Assembly (NCBI GenBank): GCA_049999805.1
Contig: JBNGIO010006099.1
Span: 190,283 to 225,242 of the forward strand
Direction of reading: 5' to 3'
DNA: 34,960 nt
From: Folioceros fuciformis
Lineage: Eukaryota
Part shown: positions 13,201-22,483 of the stretch, in pieces
How positions within the stretch are numbered: position 1 is the first letter of the stretch
Layout: each line of letters begins with the position of its first letter
Notes under the pieces: generated by a model
What the model saw: only the letters and a program-made list of their open reading frames with translations
Databases searched by the model: none
Told to the model about the DNA's origin: nothing
Program-made: the position numbers and the translations under genes

Positions 13201-13972
13201 TGCACTGCTAGCGTTACCAAAAATGGGAGCTGAACAATGTGCCACTGAGATGCAGGACTTACGAGAACTTTGCCATTGAGTCCTCCACCACAACATGATG
13301 GCGTAGAATGCCAGCACTAGAGCTGTTCCCGCCATGATGACTGCAAGGCCAATGGTGTCGTGCTCCAGCAGGAGCATCAACTTCACTCCCCATACTATTA
13401 GGATCGCAATCGGAGAGACCACAATTGCCCAAGCCAGCCATGACAAGAGTCCAGACACAATGCTCAAATAAAGGCCTTGCAGATACGGTGCCCACCTTCG
13501 AGCATAGACCCAACTGGAAAGGAGCACGTAACAGAGAGTAGTTGTCAGACATTGATGGCACGACAGGGGGCGTCCTAGGATGACATTGAAATCAGCGTGA
13601 GGCGGGCGGGACAGCCGGAATTGAACTACAGAACCCTAGTAGCAGGGAGGACCAGCAAGAGGTAAAGAACCCTAGGGATGCTGGAGCTGAAGGATAGACT
13701 GAAAGCGAAGGTGTATGAGCCAAGCATTCCCGTTGTGCTTCCTCCTCCTCATCCTCCAACAGAAAGGGGGTAGCCTACAAATATCCTCAGGGAAGGGAAG
13801 AGAGGGAGAGGGAGAAGCGAAGAAGCAGAGAATCCAACCTGTAAATTCTCCAAGGACGCCAATTCACAGAGAAGAGTAGAGCGATCGACAAGGCGGTGAG
13901 CACAGTGAAGAGAGTGCCATGTATAGCACAGACTGTGGCCACACTCTGGCCATGCCCTGATACGTTGCCCAT
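4272..13972 (-). CDS. DEK1: DEFECTIVE KERNEL 1 phytocalpain (membrane domain + loop + linker/LG3 + CysPc + C2L), 30 coding exons, 2185 aa
   Basis: Exons read by hand, all phases consistent, 6558 nt in total: 13972-13839, 13513-13263, 13129-12947, 12866-12731, 12646-12516, 12375-12261, 12144-11061, 10971-10861, 10775-10717, 10616-10439, 10301-10034, 9954-9804, 9677-9566, 9452-9287, 9200-9130, 9040-8949, 8852-8690, 8562-8491, 8399-8025, 7934-7819, 7725-7428, 7327-7011, 6906-6561, 6487-6158, 6051-5947, 5844-5716, 5628-5248, 5130-4993, 4894-4658, 4580-4272. Hallmarks: VNWRPWRIYSW, WWRTQWQSSR, ALEEAIDTEWVYMWDKFGGY, catalytic QGRLGNCWFLSA / VQGHAY / IRNPW, and C-terminal ITLEPL. Confidence 0.98.
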
Positions 13973-16100
13973 AATGAAATGGCTGCCGTTCCTTCATCCA
14001 CCCCAGCTCAACCCTACTGCCCAGGCCACTGGATGCGCTGGCGCGCAGGGCAGCCCACAAGGTGAGTACTCCTGGCCAGCCAAACCAGGCTCGTGGCTGG
14101 AATGCATGGGCGAATTGGGCTCCGCGGCAGCACCAGAACCGATAGGCAGCTGCAGGCTAATCCTAGTCCTAATCCGTGTTCCGCCTCCGCACCACGAGGG
14201 GCACTGGCAGCAGCGGCATCAAACAAGCTGTCGGAGAGTGCGCAGGCGGCAGGCAGCAGCGGCGTGCGCCCACCCTCCTCCATGCTGTAGCTGCGAGTGC
14301 GATTGGCAACAGCGATAGAGATGCCAGCATCGTGCGGGGGAGTACAGCCCCGCACCCAGAAATGTCATTCCCTGCTGCCCCCCGATCCGATTCCCCGCGG
14401 GATTGAGAGGATCGAATCCAGGCCGGGCCCTATTCCCGCAGCCGGAGCAGGAGAGGGCGGGGCGTCATAAATAGAAGCCGAGCAAGGAGCATGAGGCCCG
14501 CAGCCGCGGAGTTGGAGCGAATTCGGCCCCCGCTCGTTCCCCCTTCCGGCACGCAGCAGCAATAAAGCCCAGGGCAGCAGAAATCGCCTGCAGCACTCAA
14601 TGCCGGGAACCAATGCGCATGCCTGGCTTGGAAAGGAGCTGGGGCCTAGCTACGCGGCAGGGGCGGCCATAAATGCAGCCCGGCTATGTAGTATCTCCTT
14701 CTCCTTCCTCCCAGCGTCTTCTATGTATCTTTCCATCTACCCAAGGCGAAACCCAGCAGAAGATGAAAGCCGAGTGAGGCGAGAGAGGCCACGGCTCGCC
14801 AGGCTGGTGGGTCGGGAACTGGAGGCAAGAAACGGCCAGCTGACTAGAAGCTTGACCGAACGGGGCGGGGAGTGGGAGTGGGAGTCGGGCCTGGCAGCTG
14901 CTGGAGCCGCTGCCCCTGCAGCAGCGCTTGCAGCAAGCGATGCAGTGACGGCCGTGGTGATGTGATTCACAGCGTAGGAAGAGAGAGGCGGCCTGTGTCC
15001 GTGACAAGGCCGGGCCGGGTCCGGGGCCGGAGCCGGGGCCGCTGCCGCTCCAGCAGACGACACACAACACACGGACATGGGCTCATGGCACACCGGGCAA
15101 TAAAGGCTGGGATTGCATGCATTACTGCAGAAAGAGAGGCTTCTCTCTCCGCCCGCCGCTCTCCCCCCGTCCCCCCATCCCGCTCAACTCACCAGCCAAG
15201 GTCTCGCACGAGGGAAAGCGGCACACCCACAAGACCTGCTGGGCTGCATCCAGCTGCCGCTGCAGCGGCAGCTGGCTGCACAAGGAAGCCGCTGCAGCGG
15301 CAGCCTGCACAAACAACACCATGGCGGTGAGCTAGCCCTACAATTGTCGTCATCGGCGATGTCGTTGTACTGCACTGCAATTTAACAGCAGTCCCCATAG
15401 GCAGACCCACCAGTCCACAGTGCTGCAGCTGCAGCAGCGGCAGCAGGAGCCGTGGCCCGTAGCGCTCTTGCCCGTAGCCCTGTGGCCCGCCATCGCCCAC
15501 GGCCTTCCGCCTGTCTCCCCCTGCCTGCTCGCCCTGTCAGAGAAACTGACAGGCGCGATTCAAAATTCGGCCGTTGTGTCATGACTAGCTCCTGACCCCT
15601 AACCCCGCTTAAATCAGATGCCGTTTAAAAAAAGCCAGGGCAAGGGCATTTCGGTCGCCGGCCCCGAAACCAAACGAAATGCCCGCCCCGCCTAGCCCAA
15701 CCCCGGCGGCGCCACGCCGTCGTCACCAAACCCTAACCACCACTTCCACACGCCACGCGACGTGGCTCCCGAAATTCCACACGCACAAGCCAGCCGCGGG
15801 TTCGAACCCCGGGAAATACCGCGACGCGGCCGGGCCCGGCCCCGTCCCCTGCCCCGAACTGAACCCACCTACCTACCTACCCACCTGACCTACCAAAACG
15901 TATCGCGTATGGGAACGCGGCCAGAGGCAGCGCTGGCACCAGCCCACCCCGGCGTCCGGACCTGAGATTCAGCACGCCCGGGTTGGAACTCGCGTCGTGA
16001 CGGCGAGTCGCGACGAGCGCGCTTTCTCCATCTCACAAGTGTGAAATGCTGGATGTGCCAATCCACACTAGGCTAGTCTCATCAGGGGGAAGGGAATCCG
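13973..16100 (-). promoter_or_regulatory. GC/CpG-rich putative DEK1 5' leader and promoter region
   Basis: Strongly GC- and CpG-rich, lies directly upstream of the DEK1 ATG and shows no recognisable protein domain. It contains upstream ATGs, a 26-bp palindrome and a telo-box AAACCCTAA (15728-15736). The transcription start cannot be determined from sequence. Confidence 0.5.
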
Positions 16101-16221
16101 ATACTCCAGAGCTGCACCTCATCCATCAGCCTAGGCCTAGTCCTGCGAGACCTCCGAGGGCTACGAGGCCTTCGCCTTGGGTCTAACAAACAGGACCCAC
16201 TGCCCGCCCACTCCTCCTCCA

Positions 16222-16310
16222 TGGCACTGGCACTGGGACTGGCACTGGCACTGGCACTGGCACTGGCACTGGCACTGGCACTGGCACTGGCAATGGCAAT
16301 GGCAATGGCA
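16222..16310. repeat. compound hexanucleotide microsatellite (TGGCAC)n(TGGCAA)n
   Basis: About 15 six-base units, read directly. Confidence 0.95.
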
Positions 16311-16639
16311 AACACACGACCGTTTCCTTCCCTCTCACGTAATAAAGGCGAGGCTCCCGGGGAGCTCAACACGATGAATGAATAAATGAACGACTTGAAT
16401 GAATGAATGAAAGAAGGCGATCAGTGTGTATGGACACCACATCGATCGGGGGCCTTTCCCGACCAATTAAATTGTGGGGTCCCAACATTCCTTCACTCCA
16501 GCCCGTTCCGTCCAAATCCCAGATTCTCACCATTCAAGTTAACTCAAAATTTGCACAAGGATTAGACTGCGGCCATTGAATGCAGGCAGAAGCTGAGTGG
16601 AGCGGAGGGGAGGGGTGGGGCGTGGGGGGCAGGTTTGGC

Positions 16640-16866
16640 CCCGCCGACCGCTCCTTCATCTCCTCCTTGGGACCCATGTTACGACCACGGCGCATGCCAC
16701 CCCACTGTGCCGCAGTCCAGCAGTCCCACCAATTGCCAAGGAACATTTGAGATTCGGCTCCGCCCCCGTTCCTTCCTCTCCTCCTTGGGACCCATGTTAC
16801 GACCACGGTGCATGCCAACCCACTTTGCCGCTGTCCAGCAGTCCCACCAATTGCCATGGAACATAT
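16640..16866. repeat. two-copy tandem duplication, 118-bp period
   Basis: TCTCCTCCTTGGGACCCATGTTACGACCACGG.GCATGCCA...GTCCAGCAGTCCCACCAATTGCCA.GGAACAT occurs twice (GGGACCC at 16669 and 16787). Confidence 0.92.
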
Positions 16867-17439
16867 GTGATGTGATTTATGGACAAGCATAGCAGCGCTG
16901 TACGCTCTGTATGTGATAAGGCTTAGTCTGCATGCGGTTGTGCAGAGGTTTGTGGGTGGGCGGTTGGGAAATGAATGAATGCGGGGGGCGCAAGGCAGTC
17001 GGGACTCTCGCCAGGACGAGGGAGGGCAAGGGGCATGAGGTCCATTAAAGGCGTGGGACGGAACGAAAGAGACGCCCATTTATGGAACTCGTCTCAATCA
17101 TTTGGGTCGTCCTGGAGTCTGCTCCCGTTTCTCCATTTCACGCCCCGCCCATGACTCGCCACGGAACGGGTTTCGGGAACCGGGACGTGACCTCCGTCTC
17201 CTGCATCCTCCCTCACGCCGCTCCCGGCCCTCCTCATCAATTCCTGCACGTAACATGACACGCCCTTTGGTATTCAATGTTTGCCATCCTACAAGGATGT
17301 ATGTGTGGAGGACATCGATAGAGAGGATGTGCGCCAAGCGTTGGCCCGGGCCTGCTCCTCCCAGTCTCGTCCCTCCTAGGAGCCCAAGCAAGCTTTGCCA
17401 CCTGCCACGCCTCTTTCAGCTGGCGTGGCAGGTGGCGAA

Positions 17440-17640
17440 TAAATCGACTTCTGATGCCTACTGTACAATACAAATTTCATTTTTCAAGACTTCCATCACC
17501 TCTCGGCACAGCCTAATGATCCCAGCTCTAGATCCAAAGTGGGATCGGGGATTTTGTTGTAGTTTCCATCCGGGTTCCACTGATTCTATAGATATTAGAG
17601 CTTTTCTCGCTATATCTGATATCTCGTTGCAAAGTGGGTT
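17440..17640 (+). pseudogene. possible C2-domain gene fragment
   Basis: STSDAYCTIQISFFKTS...ALDPKWDRGFCCSF...DSIDIRAF resembles the C2 consensus SDPY-x-V...KT...LNPxWxExF. It lies in a 208-codon ORF that begins at a non-ATG codon. Confidence 0.4.
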
Positions 17641-18229
17641 CCGCATCTCCATGGATTTTCTGAGCTCACATCCCCTCCTTCCCAAGAAAAGGCTGCTTCC
17701 GTTCATATCCGAGGAGAATTATAGATAGGGAGTTTTCGCTTCGTATCCGCCAGAGAGTTTTTGAATTCTTTTGATGAGCTTGCGCTGATGATGTTATTGA
17801 TTTCTTAGCACTTCAAAGGCTCACTGATCAGAAACCCTTCGGCGCTGTAAGGTTTGGTTGCAGGGGAGAAGCAACCTGAGCTGAAGGGAGGTCACCTATG
17901 TCGTGCATGTTGAGCGTCACGAACACTCTAATCCCTGACTGAGCAGCATTCCTTCGAGCATACTAAAGAGAATCACAATCGCATGATTGATCTTCTCGGA
18001 CGTGCAGACCATTCCGATGAGGGGGAGAAGAAGAAGCACTTGTCATGTGAGTGAGAGCCAGAGCAAATACTGTGCGGTTGACGTCTCTACTTCATGGGGA
18101 TGTAGAGAAGAAGGAAACACGGTGCTTTCAAAGTTTCGTCCTTCTCCAGCCTCAACAGCACACTTACACTACCAGAAGGAGGACAAATCCTTCTTCCATG
18201 GATGTGAGACTCTATGCCACGGGGTACTG

Positions 18230-18480
18230 ATGGAGGCCCCATAGAAGCAGCAGAATCAAGCTGAATACCAGCGGCTAACATCTCCTCAAAACAAGCTGGT
18301 GCCTCATGACCATCATCACAAGTACCACAACCAACTATGAAGGCATTCCATGTCACCACATCCTTTGCAGGCAAGCCAACAAAAACCTGGCGAGCTTCTT
18401 TTAGCTCGCTGCATTTTGCATCCATGCTCACCAGACAGTTGGAAGCCAGTATGTTGCGTAGAAGTTCTTGCGACACAAAG
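18230..18480 (-). pseudogene. degraded PLS-class PPR fragment
   Basis: NILASNCLVSMDAKCSELKEARQVFVGLPAKDVVTWNAFIVG...GHEAPACFEEMLAAGIQLD corresponds to one S and one P motif with broken consensus. There is no continuous ORF on either side. Confidence 0.8.
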
Positions 18481-18994
18481 CGGGAGTACAGTTGCCGGGT
18501 CCCGATATCCTGATCTCACCATTGTCGAAGGCAGAAACCTGAGCTGAGTGGAAGGCGAACCCGTAACAGCATGGCCGCAAGCAGGACGCGCACGCATCAG
18601 CAACAATGGGACCATGCAAGTCGGCGGAAGACCGTTTGGCATTCAAACCTGCTCTAGTCGAGCCCCACAGCTTCAGAAACAAACCAAGTCTAGATTATCG
18701 CACCACGCATGCGCGCATGTCATAAGACTACGCCCTCACAAGGACACCAGAAATCCTCACCTTCGATGTCGTGTTTCAGCATTTCCCATGACTGCACAGG
18801 ATACAAGCGTATTGCAATCCACCCACCAGTGGCAAGCAATTCTCCTTGCTGCAAGTCGGAAGCTCTCACCCATTTCTTCTTTCGTATTCTGTCACGACCT
18901 CTAACCTCATCCCCTAGATATCGAGTGCGCACAACCCTGACAAGATGTGGTTTCTGCCGCCTTTGAAGCTGCATAGCAACAGTCCTGCGTCATC

Positions 18995-21900
18995 ATGCTG
19001 CAACGTCTGAGACAACGTCGAAGAGCACAAGGTTTTGTGCCGTCTGCGTCATCATCGTGTGCAGCAAGTTGTGAAGATGCGAAATTGGACAACTGTTGCG
19101 GCCTGATGAAAATTCTGAATTGTGGAGAAGAATCCCTGCAGGTTCCCAGTTGGAATCGGGGTGGAAGGATTCCGCTACAACGTCTTTCTTGTCATATGCG
19201 CAGGGAAACGAGCGGCGCCCGACGCTATTGCTCTCATGTGGTGCGTTCAGAGCAAGGTGAAGCCATCGATTGATGCAGCATTTATTTCATGCTCTTCTTC
19301 TCCTTGTGAAGTTGTTTCTGCATCTGGGCTTCTTTCTCACGAGTTGGAGAGCGTGGGCGCGAGAGACTTCTAGATGAAGCATTTCGGACTTGGGACCTCA
19401 TGCCCCAGAGTGGCTCTCCTGTTTCGACCAGCTTGTTATACCGGCTGCTGCAGAGGTGCGCCAAGAACAAGGATCTGGATGGTGGTAGGCAAGTGCATGC
19501 CCTCATTGTCAGGAGTGGATTTCAGTCCAACTCCTTCTTGGGGAATCACCTGATTCGCTTCTATGCTCGCTGTGGACGTTTGGTGGAAGCAACAAGGATT
19601 TTCACGCAGTTGCCAGGTTCAGCGAGGGATAGCTTCGTGTGGGCTGCTATCGTCTCCGCACATGGTGACCACGGCCGGCCTCAACAGGCTATCCAGTTCT
19701 ACCTTCAAATGCATAGATTAAATGGAAGACCTGATGACTATGTCTTTGTGGCTGCACTCAAGGCATGTGCTGATGCCACAGCCTTGTCAACTGGCAGGCT
19801 AATTCATGCCCACGTCAGAGAACATGGGTCTGAATCACATACTTTCGTAGGCAACACACTGATTGACATGTATGGCAAGTGCGGGAGGCTGCAGGATGCC
19901 CGCACAGTATTTGAGAGGTTGCCTACAAGAGATGCAGTGACATGGAATGCCATGATCGCTGGCTATGTCCAGCACGAATATGGCCTGGAGGCATTCCACC
20001 TTTTCCGGCGTATGCAAGAGGAATGCGTGCGGCCGGACAAGATGACTTTTGCAAGCATCCTCAAGGCGTGTGCCAGCATGGCGGCAAAGGAGCAGGGCCA
20101 GCTGGTTCACGCTGAAATTATGGAACGCGGTCTGGAACTGGATGTATTTGTTGGAAGCAGCCTTGTTGACATGTATGCCAAATGTGGGGACCTGGAAGCA
20201 GCACGTCAAGTATTCGACGGTTTATCCACCAGGGACCTGGTCACCTGGACGGCACTGATTGCAGGCTATGCACACCATGGGGATGGTCAAGATGCAATTG
20301 CATTATTTCACAGAATGCAGTCTGAGGGCATTGATCCTAACCAGCTGACTCTGACCAGTATTGTGAAAGCATGCTCCACCTCCACTGCTCTAGACCATGG
20401 CAAGCTTCTTCATGCACATATTACCCAAAGCGGTTTGGATTCAAACGTCTACATTGGCAGCACTCTGATTGACATGTATTCAAAGTGCGGGCATGTGGAG
20501 GATGCTCGCAAGGTTTTTGACACTATGCCGCACAGAAACTTAGTGACATGGACTGCTATGATATCGGGGTACTCCCACAGTGGACATGGAGAGGAGGCCT
20601 TTCAGCTTTTTAGGCAAATGAAACTAGAGGGTATAGTACCGAACCAGCTCACTCTTGCTAGCATCCTGAAAGCATGTTCCAGCGTCGGGAGTCTTGACCG
20701 GCTGAAATTGCTGCATGCCCAGATCAGGAAGAGTGGTTTCGAGTCGGACCTTTTCATAAGCAGTGCCCTCATTGACGTGTATGCTAGGTGTGGGAGCCTT
20801 GACGATGCCCGTGCTGTGTTTGATAGCATACCATCGAAAAACTTAGTTCTCTGGAGTGCCATGATTGCGGGCTATGCTCATCACGATGGAGGCCTGGAGG
20901 CACTGGAGCTTTTCAGTCAAATGCAAAAGGAGGGCATTGAGACCGACAAGATCATGCTCGTGAGCGTTCTTAGAGCGTGTTCAGGAGTAGCAGCGTTGGA
21001 CCTGGGAAAACTCATTCATGCTCGCATCAGGGATGTTGGTTTTGGGTCGGATGTATATGTTGGGAGCACCCTGGTGGACTTTTATGTGAAATGTGGTAGT
21101 TTAGATGAAGCTCGGGCCGTCTTTGACAGGCTGTTGGCAAGAGATTTGGTGACATGGACCTCAATGATTGTTGGATATGCTAATGAGGGCAATGGTCAAG
21201 AGGCCCTGAGGCTCTATCAGGAGATGCAGAAAAAGGGACTGCAGCCGAACGAGGTGACCCTTGTCAGCCTCGTCAAGGCATGTTCCACCATAGCAGCTCT
21301 CCATCAAGGTAGGCTGGTGCACGCCAGAATCATCCAGGATGGTTTTGAACCGGACGGTTTCGTGGGCAGCTCTCTTATCGATATGTATGCTAAATGCGGG
21401 AGCCTCCAAGACGCACAAGAGTTGTTTGATCAAATGCTGGTAAGAGATCTGGTGTCCTGGAATGCAGTCATCACAGGGTGCGCCCAGCATGGGTTTGCCC
21501 AGGCAGCTCTTGAGCTCTTTCAGCAGATGCAGAAAGAAGGGGTGCAGCCGGACCACGTCACCTTCATCGGGTTGCTATCCGCGTGCAGCCACTGTGGACT
21601 GCTGGAAGAGGGGTGCACCTTGTTCCAGTCCATGTCACAAGGCTTTGGCATAACTCCAGAGATGGAGCATTACGTGTGCATGGTGGACCTGCTTGGCAGA
21701 TCCGGACGCCTGGCTGAGGCGATTGACTTTATCCATGTCATACCTGTGCAGCCTGACATAGTCGTCTGGATGTCTTTGCTTGGTGCATCCCGAACTCATG
21801 GGGATGGAGCATTAGGACAGCAGTCTTTTGAAGCAATTTTGGAGATGGATCCAGGAAATGCTGCAGCTCACGTGCTCATGGGAGATGTGTACGCTGCGGC

Positions 21901-22240
21901 TGGAAGGTGGGAAGATAGAGCGGCCATCCGAAAGCGCATGCAGGGTCTTCGTGCTAAGAAGGAGCCTGGTCGCACCTGGATAGAGCTGGATAGCAAGGTG
22001 CACATATTCGGGGTAGAGGACAGGTCACATTCCGACAGAAGACAAGTTTATGACAAACTGAAAATTCTCACCGAGTCCATCAGACACAACTTTACAGACT
22101 TGGCCCACGAGCGTGATGAAATGCCTGAAGATGTCGAAGCTCGTCTTTTGGAATCCGGCGTAGAGAAGCTCGCCCTTGCTTTAGGCTTCCTCGAGTCACC
22201 TGGGGAGGACAACGTGTGTCTTCAACTCGCTAGCAGCTAG
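18995..22240 (+). CDS. PLS-class pentatricopeptide repeat protein with E1/E2/E+ and a truncated DYW domain (organellar RNA-editing factor family)
   Basis: The 946-aa ORF 19400-22240 has seven L-S-P triplets (Y-x-[KR]-CG repeated), P2-L2-S2 (EHYVCMVDLLGRSG), E domains and a PG box KKEPGRTWIE. A 5' exon 18995-19256 is inferred at lower confidence from phase-compatible splice sites. Confidence 0.93.
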
Positions 22241-22483
22241 CCTTCACGAAGCAGAACAGCGGATACCATCCATGCACCCTCAAAAGGGATCGTAAAATAG
22301 AGGGATACCTTTTCTCGCAGAAAAGGAGCTCATTGCATTTCACCTCTTTTGGGATAGATAAAGTTTCTCATCTTATACAAATTCTTTAAAAAAGAGGAAA
22401 AACTAAGTAAGTGATAATGAAAACCTGGACACCAGACCCCACCCTACAATCATCCTTCTCCAAACTACCAATCACCTGAATAT

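Noticed and set aside
4847-13279. Plus-strand ORFs antisense to DEK1 exons
   Set aside because: Shadow ORFs of the coding strand with no independent features.
15770-15830. tRNA/SINE suggested by B-box-like GGGTTCGAACCC
   Set aside because: No A-box, acceptor stem or cloverleaf can be built on either strand.
14300-16000. Many overlapping Ala/Pro/Arg-rich ORFs
   Set aside because: Expected from high GC content and few stop codons; no domain signal.
16082-16377. ORFs with (WH)n or (AS)n runs
   Set aside because: They are translations of the hexanucleotide microsatellite.
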